A DNA stretch of 64,000 bases, from the NCBI GenBank assembly GCA_026936335.1, contig JAPMXV010000005.1, positions 62,001 through 126,000 on the forward strand, read 5' to 3'. This DNA comes from Mantamonas sphyraenae STR306. Taxonomy: Eukaryota; Protista; CRuMs. Position 1 is the stretch's first letter. Every line of letters begins with the position of its first letter. The translations under genes were made by a program, and so were the position numbers. The notes under the pieces were generated by a model. It saw nothing but the letters and a program-made list of their open reading frames with translations. It ran no database searches and was not told where the DNA came from. This document shows positions 33,542 to 44,070 of the stretch, one piece after another.

Positions 33542-35545
33542 ATGTCATCCAGAGTGCTACTGGACGACGAAGACGACGAAGAAGAAGTCATGGCCGACAT
33601 GGTGGGTTCCTGTGGTTTTGGATTCGTTGCTGGCGGCGGTGCAGACACAGAAAGCCCAGCCATGCGTCGAGTCGTTGTCTCCAACTCGGCCTCTGCGCTG
33701 GACAGGGAGCAGAGCGAATCGCTGACAAAGGACACCGACGATGGAGAGCTGACGGACAGCGACTCGGAAGCGGAGGTCGACGAAGAGGAGAACACGCGCA
33801 ATCACCAGGCTGCTGGCAACGCAGAGAACAGAACGCAACTCAACCAGGTGACCCTGAATGTGGAGGGACGAGGACAAGGCGACGCTGACGCTGACGAGGC
33901 CCACGAGCTGTCTCAGCTGATGGGGAGAGACGGGGTGGGCGCTGGTAATGCCACCGTCGCCGCCGAAGCCGACCCTGGCCAATCATCGGAGCTGGTGAAG
34001 AAACTTCGTGCGGAGCTGAAAACCACGAGCAAGCGCATGCTTGTGGCCATGCTTCTGGCCGGCGTGTTTCTGATGGCCTTTGTCATGGCCGCCGCTATCC
34101 GCCCTGCGCGTGTGCGCGTGGTTCGCCCGCGAATCAGCCTTGACGGATGCACAAACTCCACCACCCAAGAGCTTCTTCCCGGTGTCATGTTGCGCAGGGT
34201 GAGCAAGGACGCGGTGATGGGTCACCTGCGCCACTTGGAGACAATTGCAGGTGCCAACGGAGGCACTCGCGCTGTGGGCCCCGGTTCCAACGCCACGGCC
34301 GACTGGCTGCAGGCTCGTCTTGGTGCCTTGCGACGTGCCGATGGTTCGCCCATGTACACAGTCAGCACGCAAACCTTTCCTGTGGCCACCTTTACGAATC
34401 TGGCAACGCCTGAGATGCACCAACGTGCACCCACACCCACCACCTACACGTACAACACAGACTTTGTGGGCTTGGCCTACGAGGGTTCGGGCAACGTCAC
34501 CGCACAGGTTGCCGTGGCCGCACGCCAGGGCTGCGCAGCGGGTGACTACCCTGCGAGCGTGGCGGGCAAGATTGTGCTGGTCGAGCGTGGCAACTGCTCT
34601 TTCCGAGACAAGGCCACTGCGGGCATTGCCTCGGGTGCCGTCGGGTTGTTGGTGTACAATGACGGCGTAACAGCCGACCGCATGGGTGTTTTTCGAGGCA
34701 CACTTGGCACGCCGACGTCTGTGCCGGTGTTTGGCCTGACGCACGCGCTTGGAATCAGCCTGCGCTCGGTGCTGGCCTCCCAAAACCTCACCATGCACCT
34801 CAAGGCAAACACCACGTCGACGACAGACTACACACGCAACGTGTTGGCTGAAGCCACCGTGGGCAATCCAGCCTCTGTGGTCGTCGTCGGCGCTCACCTC
34901 GACAGCGTCTCTGCCGGTCCAGGCATCAACGACGACGGCTCTGGAACCTCTGTGGTGCTGCAACTGGCCGAAACGCTGGCTGCCTCTACCGACACACTCA
35001 CCATGGCCAACCGTGTGCGGTTTGCATGGTGGGGTGCAGAGGAAGAAGGACTTGTCGGCTCCACATACTACGTGGACACCCTCCCGTCCTCGGAACTGGC
35101 TCGCATCAAAACCTACTTCAACTTTGACATGCTGGGCAGCCCCAACTTCTTCCGCTTTGTGCTCTCTGGAGGCTCCAGCCCCGCCGGTCAGTACCTGCAG
35201 AGTTTGTTTCAGCGCTTCTGGACCGCGTACAACCTGGCCTACGATGTGATCCCACTCAACGGCCGTTCTGACTATTCTGAGTTTGTGAACAAGGGTGTGC
35301 CGGCGTCGGGCCTGGACACGGGCGCCGAGGGCTTGCTGAGCATGTCGCAGCGCGACCGCCGAGGTGCAGGCAGCGCAGGAGCACCCTTTGACAGCTGCTA
35401 TCACCAGTCTTGCGACACTGTGGGCAATATCAACCAACAGGTCATCGGTGAGAACCTGCGCTGTGCCGCGTACGCACTCGAACAGCTTGCCGTGGACACC
35501 AACCTTGGGGCCTCGCTTGCAGGCGGCGCCGTGTCGCTCACGTGA
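33542..35545 (+). CDS. M28 aminopeptidase with PA domain, type II membrane-anchored
   Basis: Intronless. Acidic N-tail, TM MLVAMLLAGVFLMAFVMAAAI, PA domain GKIVLVERGNCSFRDK, Zn-ligand motifs GAHLDSV, GINDDGSG, WGAEEEGL, NFDML, YHQSCDT. Start could alternatively be 33512. Confidence 0.9.
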   Translation: MSSRVLLDDEDDEEEVMADMVGSCGFGFVAGGGADTESPAMRRVVVSNSASALDREQSESLTKDTDDGELTDSDSEAEVDEEENTRNHQAAGNAENRTQLNQVTLNVEGRGQGDADADEAHELSQLMGRDGVGAGNATVAAEADPGQSSELVKKLRAELKTTSKRMLVAMLLAGVFLMAFVMAAAIRPARVRVVRPRISLDGCTNSTTQELLPGVMLRRVSKDAVMGHLRHLETIAGANGGTRAVGPGSNATADWLQARLGALRRADGSPMYTVSTQTFPVATFTNLATPEMHQRAPTPTTYTYNTDFVGLAYEGSGNVTAQVAVAARQGCAAGDYPASVAGKIVLVERGNCSFRDKATAGIASGAVGLLVYNDGVTADRMGVFRGTLGTPTSVPVFGLTHALGISLRSVLASQNLTMHLKANTTSTTDYTRNVLAEATVGNPASVVVVGAHLDSVSAGPGINDDGSGTSVVLQLAETLAASTDTLTMANRVRFAWWGAEEEGLVGSTYYVDTLPSSELARIKTYFNFDMLGSPNFFRFVLSGGSSPAGQYLQSLFQRFWTAYNLAYDVIPLNGRSDYSEFVNKGVPASGLDTGAEGLLSMSQRDRRGAGSAGAPFDSCYHQSCDTVGNINQQVIGENLRCAAYALEQLAVDTNLGASLAGGAVSLT

Positions 35546-35675
35546 ACTCAGCAGGAAGAAGGCGATGAGGCACAGTTGTGGTATGGACTTGCAACAGGTG
35601 GGATTGTAATTGTGTGGGGCGTGGTGTCTTTGTTGTGGCAGTGACACTCTGAAAACCTGAATACTTTGTTGAACA

Positions 35676-38600
35676 TCATCCATCTGCACTCTCGCTGCTC
35701 CCTTCCCTTCGAAACGCAGCCTCCCACACCTTGTCCAGCGGCTTGCGTCTGCGCTTCAGCTCCACTTCCATCTGCGCGTCCCGCAGTGCAGGCGGGAACC
35801 GGAACAGCTGCAGGATGAGCGGGGTCACAAAGAACGCCATGGCCACGCCAAGGACACTCGTAAGGATGATCTGGGTCACTGTGCGTGTCAGCGGTCCCAG
35901 GTACTCGTAGAAGAAGACCGTGACCACAAAGTTGGAGACGCCAGCCAGCAACACGCCGGCACCCACACTGCCCATCATACTCTGCAGACGTTGTTTCAAC
36001 GTGTTGCCCGGGAGCGTGTTGAACGTCAGCACCATATGTGCGGTGAGGTCCATGCCCAGTCCAAACGACGCCACGCCGACCACAAGCACATACGTGGACA
36101 TGGGCACCCCAATCAAGTCCAAGATGCCGTACGTAGATCCTACCAAAAGGACCATGCAGCCCATGACCACCAGCGCAGAGAATGGGTTGATCAGCAACAC
36201 AGCAGACACAAGCCCCACCGCCACAACTGCAAACGCTCCTGTCCACCTCAGCGATTCCACCATCACGTCGATATTCTGCGCCTCTGCAATCTCAAACATT
36301 CCGATCTTGTACGCAATCCCTCCCGTGCCCAGTGCTTTGATCACAGCCGCTTCCAGCGCATATGCCTCCGGCTTGCTCTGTGGCCCTTTGACACGCAGCA
36401 CCAGACGGCTGCGTGCAATCTCTCCCTCTGAGAACGCCACGTCGTACAGCGCCGGGCCCTTTGTCCCCAGCACGGACGCTGCAAAATCCTTCCCGCTGTT
36501 CTTCACCATGCTGCTCCCATTCAACGCAGCCTGATGCGTCCGCAGCCAGCACCGCGACGCCATCCCTTGTACGCGCCATCGCACATCCACCTGGTCCAAC
36601 CGACTGCACAGGTTCAGCACCTGTTGCTGCACCTCTGCCTTGTGATACTCCAGCCCTGGAGGAAGTACCACATCCAACTCGTCAAACCGGTTCGCAAAGT
36701 ACTCGCGCGAATGCTGGTAGTGGGCAAACTCGATGGATCGTCGGGCATTGGACGATTGGTTGCCGATGTCGTTGAATTGGACCAACGCCAAGCCGTACAC
36801 AGCGGCTGCAAAGACCGCAAGCAGCACCAGCGCCGCCACAATGCGGTATGCCCACGTGGTGAGGATGGGGCCCACCATGTGACGCATGAAACGTCCCAGG
36901 ATCGTGGGAACTTCTTGATCATGCGTGATGGCCACTTGACTTCGTTGACTCAGCTCCGAGCGTGCAGACAGCACCTGAACAACCTTTGTGTCCAGCTTGC
37001 TTCCCACTCCATGCGAGTTTGTGTTCTCCGTGACGGTGGGCGACGACGCATGGCCTTCTGTTGCACCCAACGCCGCCACCTCCACATCCGAGGAACGCAG
37101 GTCGTATTCTGAGGGCCCATCATGGACCACAGCTTTGGTGCGCAGCGCGTATGCAGTCTCTGTTCTGCCACGCCATTGTTCCACCTGCAGGTCGAGAGCA
37201 ATCGCAGCCACAAACAACGTCATCTGAAAGGCAAAGTCGAGCACAAGGGCAAGGACCACCACCGTGCAGAACTGGGTGGTTGCCAGCGAGGCGTTATAGA
37301 AGCCTGTGCCAAACACAAGGATGTCTGTGAGTGTGGTCATGAACACGGCTGTGGCTGATTCACCCACGGCACTGGCCAGCTTCTGCTGAGGGGTGCTCGC
37401 CGACGCCCGCCGCACCGCCAGGGTGATCAGAAAGACGTCGTCCAGACCGATGATGAGCACCACACCACACGCAACCAATGAAAACACGTGAAACACTTCG
37501 CCAGTCCATGCGACGATTGACAAGGTGACAAGGAGCGCGGCAAAGACGCAAAACACACCGCTGAGCAAAACGAGGACCTTTCCTCCCACACGTCCGTGGA
37601 ACCCAACCACGAAACTCAGCACAGCCAGGAATGCAGCTGCTGCCACCGAACTGGATGTACCAACAGCAATCAATGGTTCCTGTGACCACGGGCAACACAC
37701 AACATTGCTTGTCAGCCAAAAACACAAAAAAGGGAAATGGGCCACAACACGCAACTCACAGCAAACGTGACCAGCGGCACGAAATCCATGTCCAGAGATG
37801 CCAACCTGTCCTTGACGTCACGCAACAGTGTCGTGAAGTGCCTGCGCATGGGATTGCCCGACACGTCGGAGACCTTTGGACAAACATCGTGTCAGCTAGA
37901 AGGTTCTCTCAAAACGCACGCGGACCTGCACCTACCATGCCCATCTCCCACACCACACGCATCCCCGTGGCCTTCACGATGCTCCCGTTGCTGTTCCTCT
38001 CCACCCCACTCAGCACCTGCGACGTCGGTATCTCGTCATGGCTACCCGCACCCCAACTCCAACTCCCCACAACCACCCTCACTCCACCTTCTTCCCGCTC
38101 CACAACCTCGCTCATGTTCCATCCCGCCTTCCACACCTTGCATCCCCTCACTCCTGCTGCCCCTGCCCCACGCATCTCTCCCCCCCGTCCTCCAACCTCC
38201 ATCCCCTTCTCAGGCGCAACCGGCAGACACGCATCCACAAACCGCACAACCACACTCCCGTTCTCCGCCACCGCCCGGCTTCCCTCCACTGCCGCCCGCA
38301 CCTTCCCCAGCGCCTCAAACCCGCTCGCTGTGTACATGTTTGTCGTCGCCCCCTTCCTTGCCACATATCCCGCCCTAGGGTCGTTCACAGGCGCGTTCGA
38401 CGCAGGCACCAGCACCACATCCACGTAGTTTCGCAGTCCAAACACCTGCCTGTTCTCCATGTACCCTCCATCTCGCACAGGAAGCAGGTCTGTGCTCCTG
38501 TCGTCAATCACAATCCCAGGTGCCGGCACAACAACCGCCACGACCACTGACAACACCCCAAGCACGTACAGCCACGGGTGTGCGTGCACCCGCAGCGCAT

Positions 38601-38700
38601 GGTTGTAGAACAATGCATGCAGTTGCAGGTCTGCTCTCAGACCCAACTGCATCCACCGAGGCGACTTGGCAATCTTTGCTGCCAATCTCGCCGCTCCCAT
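35676..38700 (-). CDS. Patched/NPC1-like sterol-sensing RND-family membrane protein, paralogue A
   Basis: Three exons (introns near 37935-37874 and 37759-37680). SSD motifs IIGLDDVFLI, ESATAVFMTTLTD, FCTVVVLALVLDFAFQMTLF; second half GMDLTAHM. Confidence 0.8.
36151..36668. repeat. Near-identical block 2 shared with paralogue B (39220-39737)
   Basis: Direct repeat at offset 3069; few mismatches apart from one short patch. Confidence 0.9.
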
Positions 38701-38704
38701 CGCT
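37927..38704. repeat. Near-identical block 1 shared with paralogue B (41037-41814)
   Basis: Direct repeat at offset 3110; roughly 8 mismatches seen by eye. Confidence 0.92.
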
Positions 38705-38744
38705 GTTGGTGTTGGTTGCAATTGAGCGTAAAAATGCCGCACGT

Positions 38745-41700
38745 CTATTCGTCTTGGTCAAACTCCCTCATGCTGCGCTTCATGGAAATCGCCCACGACT
38801 CATCCAGAGGGCGCTTCCGATCCTGCAGCTCCAGCTCCATTTGGGCGTCTCGCAGTGCAGGCGGGAAACGGAAAATCTGCAACACCAGCGGGACCACGAA
38901 GAAGGAAAACGCAGCCCCGATGATGGTTGTGACAATGAAAATGAGCACACTGCGAGTTAGCGGGCCAATCTGCTCGAAAAAGAAGCCCGTGACGACAAAG
39001 TTGGACAGGGCCGCAAACCACACGCTTGGGCCCACACTGCCCATCATACTCTGCAGTCTCTTCTTTAGCGTGTTGCCAGGCACCGTGTTGAACGTCAGCA
39101 CCATATGTGCTGTGAGGTCCACTCCCATGCCAAACGCAGCCACACCGGCCACAAGCACGTAGATGGACATTCCAATGCCCAGCAGCTGCAGCATGCCGTA
39201 CACACAACCAAAAATTATCACCATGCAGCCCATGACCACCAGCGCAGAGAATGGGTTGATCAGCAACACAGCAGACACAAGCCCCACCGCCACAACTGCA
39301 AACGCTCCTGTCCACCTCAGCGATTCCACCATCACGTCGATATTCTGCGCCTCTGCAATCTCAACCATTCCGATCTTGTACGCAATCCCTCCCGTGCCCA
39401 GTGCTTTGATCACAGCCGCTTCCAGCGCATAGGCGTCGGCTTTGTGGTGTGGCCCTTTGACACGCAGCACCAGACGGCTGCGTGCAATCTCTCCCTCTGA
39501 GAACGCCACGTCGTACAGCGCCGGGCCCTTTGTCCCCAGCACAGACGCTGCAAACTCCTTCCCGCTGTTCTTCACCGTGCTGCTCCCATTCAACGCAGCC
39601 TGATGCGTCCGCAGCCAGCACCGCGACGCCATCCCTTGTACGCGCCATCGCACATCCACCTGGTCCAACCGACTGCACAGGTTCAGCACCTGTTGCTGCA
39701 CCTCTGCCTTGTGATATTCCAGCCCTGCAGGAAGTACGACCGCAAGTTCGTCAAACGCATGCGGAAACATGGCTGTAGTCGCCACCGAGTGTGCTTTGCC
39801 GATGGAACGCCCCGAATGGGAATCGCTGGTGCCTACAGAATCGATGTTCACCTGCGTGTAGCCGTACACAGACAAAGCCAACAGACCGACAAACACAAGT
39901 GCCGATACAATGCGGAACGCCCATGTGGTAAGGAGGGGACCCACCCAGTGTCTCATCAGCCTGCCCAAGGGTGTAGGTACCTCTTGTTTGGCCAGGGTAT
40001 CCATAGGCATGCTTGCTGTCGAGCGAGGGCTCCAGCCACCCGTGTTGGCGCTGGCCACGGAAATCCTTCCACCCGGTCCGGTTTGCACCCCACTGGCCAT
40101 CCCTGTGGTGCTTGAGTTGGCCCCTGCGTCGCTTTCGTGTCCCACACTTTTGGCATGGCTGTCCACCACCACCTCCACCGAATTGGTCGTGGGCTTCTCC
40201 GCTCGCGTGCTATACGGCGTGCGATCACCGCAGCAGCTGGGACAGCTGTATCGATCCTCACGAAACTCTTCCCAGCGCAGATCCAGAGAGATTACGGCGA
40301 CAAGAAAGGTCATCTGAAAGACAAAGTCGAGCAGCAGAGCGAGGATGACCACGGAACAGAACTGGATCGTGGCAGGCGAGGCGTTGTAGAAGCCTGTGCT
40401 GAAAACGAGGACATCGGTGAGTGTAGTCATGAACACAGCTGTGGCTGACTCTCCCACAGCCGTGGCCAGACGCTGCTGCACGGAACCGGTTGTTGATTTG
40501 CGCACAGCCGAAACGATGACAAACACGTCGTCGACTCCAATGACAAACACCACGCCAATGGCCAACAGTGTGAAAACATGCACGCTGCCGGTTCCCCACG
40601 ACGTCAGGAAGATGGACGTGGCTGCGGAAAGGGCCACATTCACCACGCCGCACAAAAGCACCACCAGCTTGCCATTCCCGTGGCAAGCAAGACCAGCCCC
40701 AACCATAATGGCCACCAGGAAACACATGGCAATCGTGATGCCGCTGGTGCCCGGTTTCAGCACGATTTCCTGCGGTCACGGGAGGAGCAGACGTCAGCGG
40801 CAATCCCGACGGAGCAAACTTGGCCTCCACGCTCCGAACCTCTCCTTTTCACTCACCGCAAACGACACAAGGGCGACAAAATCACCCAAGTTCAATTCGG
40901 CCACTGCCCGTCCAATGCTGTCCAGTAGGAGTGTGCTCTGGGCAGCACACGGCTGTGTGTCGGCGCACTGCGGGGCTCTGGGTCAGCTTCGATTCGCGAA
41001 ATTTGCAACCGTCGTGCGCGGACTCGCCGGACCACTTGCACCTACCATGCCCATCTCCCACACCACACGCATCCCCGTGGCCTTCACGATGCTCCCGTTG
41101 CTGTTCCTCTCCACCCCACTCAGCACCTGCGACGTCGGTATCTCGTCATGGCTACCCGCACCCCAACTCCAACTCCCCACAACCACCCTCACTCCACCCT
41201 CTTCCCGCTCCACAACCTCGCTCATGTTCCATCCCGCCTTCCACACCTTGCATCCCCTCACTCCCGCTGCCCCTCCCCCACGCATCTCTCCCCCCTGTCC
41301 TCCAACCTCCATCCCCTTCTCAGGCGCAACCGGCAGACACGCATCCACAAACCGCACAACCACACTCCCGTTCTCCGCCACCGCCCGGCTTCCCTCCACT
41401 GCCGCCCGCACCTTCCCCAGCGCCTCAAACCCGCTCGCTGTGTACATGTTTGTCGTCGCCCCCTTCCTTGCCACATATCCCGCCCCAGGGTCGTTCACAG
41501 GAGCGTTCGACAAAGGCACCAGCACCACATCCACGTAGTTTCGCAGTCCAAACACCTGCCTGTTCTCCATGTACCCTCCATCTCGCACAGGAAGCAGGTC
41601 TGTGCTCCTGTCGTCAATCACAATCCCAGGTGCCGGCACAACAACCGCCACGACCACTGACAACACCCCAAGCACGTACAGCCACGGGTGTGCGTGCACC

Positions 41701-41810
41701 CGCAGCGCATGGTTGTAGAACAATGCATGCAGTTGCAGGTCTGCTCTCAGACCCAACTGCATCCACCGAGGCGACTTGGCAATCTTTGCTGCCAATCTCG
41801 CCGCTCCCAT
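38745..41810 (-). CDS. Patched/NPC1-like sterol-sensing RND-family membrane protein, paralogue B
   Basis: Same exon layout as A. VIGVDDVFVI, ESATAVFMTTLTD, GVDLTAHM. Confidence 0.8.
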
Positions 41811-41904
41811 CGCTCTGTTGGTTGCGATTGAGCGTGAACGTGGCTCCACACCCAAATCAGAAACAATTCTGTTCCTGTGACATTCATTGTCCAGCCCAGT
41901 TCCA

Positions 41905-44004
41905 TCACATGGCATGCACTCGCACCGATCCCAGACACTGGAGCAGAATGAAGAGCACCACCCACGTGCCCAGGGTGCCAAAGCCCGACGCAATCCAGCC
42001 AAACACGGTGGCGAGCAATTCACGCGCCCCACCCCACCACGACGTGTCGATGTGTTCTTGCACAATGGGGATGCCTGGCGTGTGCGTGCTCTTCTCTGTA
42101 CAACCCTTGTGTGCGCACGCGTGCAACCAACGCACAAAGCGAGCGTTTTCGCTGTCCCGGTCCTCATCGGCCCGGCCCTCGAACCACGCCACCTTTTGCC
42201 CCTCATAATCTACCAGCGCCACATGCAGGCGCTCATTCACATCAGCCAACCCCATTGTCTGCCTGGCCCACTGCTGCCACACGGTCTGCGCGTTCAGCTC
42301 CAGCCACACCGGTTGGAACCGTGCACTTACTCCTCCATGCTGGCTACGAATGAGCCTCATGAAGCGATCGAGGCCGGGCACCTGATGCTCCGAGTCTGTA
42401 GAGCCCTGCCGTGTCCTGCTTGTGTCTGCCAGCAACACCAGACACGGCGACACTGCACGTGTCGTTTCCCGTCGTGCCGTCTTGAGTGTTTGCCAGTGCG
42501 AACTGCGTGAACCTGCGTGACACAGATCCCACTGCGAATCGGCGGTCAATTTGGCAACATAGCGGTATTGCAGCGCCTCCAGACGCGCCTGCAGCGTGGC
42601 GTGGTCCATGCGCCCACGCAACAGCGTCACGGCGTCATTCACGCTGTTGGCTCGCGAATCATACAGACCCTGGTTGCGAATGACCGCCACAGTGGGCAAC
42701 GAGTCGATCTGCAGTCGCTCCAGCAACGTGGCCGCGTGGGGATTGTCTCTGCCCAGGGCCATGCCATTGTTCAAGCGCACAAACCCGAATTCCATCTTGT
42801 GTTGCAGTGCACGAGACACGTGGCGATAAACCAGCGGCACACGTGCCTTGTCCGAAAACAGCAGCACACGCGGCTTGTCGCTGTGATCGTACCCGTCCAC
42901 AAACACTTTTAGTCGCGCTTCCGTGTCCAGCACACTCACGTGATCCTTTGGCACCATTGCCAACGCAAAGTCGTACAACCGACTGGCTGTCATCGGATAC
43001 AGCCCAAACGTGCGCATTTGCTGTGACACAGGGGGGGGAAGGGAGATGTTAGTCGTCCTCTCGTGTACCCATGCCCACACTTCACACACATGCAACCACC
43101 ACGGGTTTGCATGCATTGCAACACAAGGGATGCACAAAGGGGCAGATTGTGGACAAAGGGCAACCGGCTCTCACTCCTCAACGTACTCCGCGGTAGATCC
43201 CAAGGATGGTGGGGATGTTGTGTACACGGAGCCTGTAGGAGACGAGACGGCGGTTCTCATCGGCGTTGATGCGACCCATGTGTACCATGCCCTTGACACG
43301 TGAGTACACGTCCTCCCAGATGGGTGCAAACTCGCGGCAAGGACGGCAACCGTCGCTGTAAACCTCGACAAGCCACACCTGGTCAGCGCCTTCGTCCGAC
43401 ATCACGTAGTAGTCCCAGTTTTCGTGGTTGAGCACAACCGTGTCCGACACAATTCCTTCTGGCGGAGCGTAGCCACCGCCAAAGTTGAAAAAGAATCCTC
43501 CCTGGTGGGTGGAGCGAGGGTAGACCGACGGTGGGTGAAAATGCGCGACGTCAGCAGCGGCGGCGCGGTGAACTTCCGCCAAACGCAGACAACCTGGCCG
43601 CGCGTCCAAAAGTGCCCTCCACACTCTCACACACTTACCCTTTGTTGCCCTTGGTTCCTGCCGTATCCACCATACCCGTTGGCGTAGCCTGCGTTTGCCC
43701 CTTCCTCGTCCCCGTAGCGCTCGTAATTTGCGCGCTTTGTGGCGTCACTGAGCACCTCGTACGCCTCTTTGACTTTGATAAACTGCGCCTCGTATGCCTC
43801 TTTCTGCTGCTTCTGCGCCTTGTCCGGATGCCATTGCAGCACCTTGCGTTTGTACGCGGCTTTGAGTTGCGCGGCACTTGCGCCGGGTTCCACGCCCAGC
43901 GCGGCAAAGTATCCCTTGGGATCGCCCGCTCCTGCTGCAACAGCCACAACCAGGCAAAGGGTGCACACCACGACAGTTGCCGCAAAGATCACCGAGGGCC
44001 GCAT
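41905..44004 (-). CDS. ER DnaJ plus thioredoxin-domain membrane protein (DNAJC16/ERdj8-like)
   Basis: Signal peptide MRPSVIFAATVVVCTLCLVVAVAAG, J-domain QWHPDK..AYEVLSD, Trx WLVEVYSDGCRPCREFAPIW, C-terminal TM; two GT-AG introns. Confidence 0.85.
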
Positions 44005-44070
44005 TGCTTGGAATCGCTGGGACAGGCCTGGCTGGGCCAGCGCCGCAGCGGCCAACACAGAAAACGCAGC

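Noticed and set aside
41811-42206. Upstream in-frame extension of Patched-like B, suggesting a fusion with the DnaJ gene
   Set aside because: It overlaps the DnaJ CDS in another frame, I found no phase-compatible splice donor, and identity with paralogue A begins just before ATG 41810.
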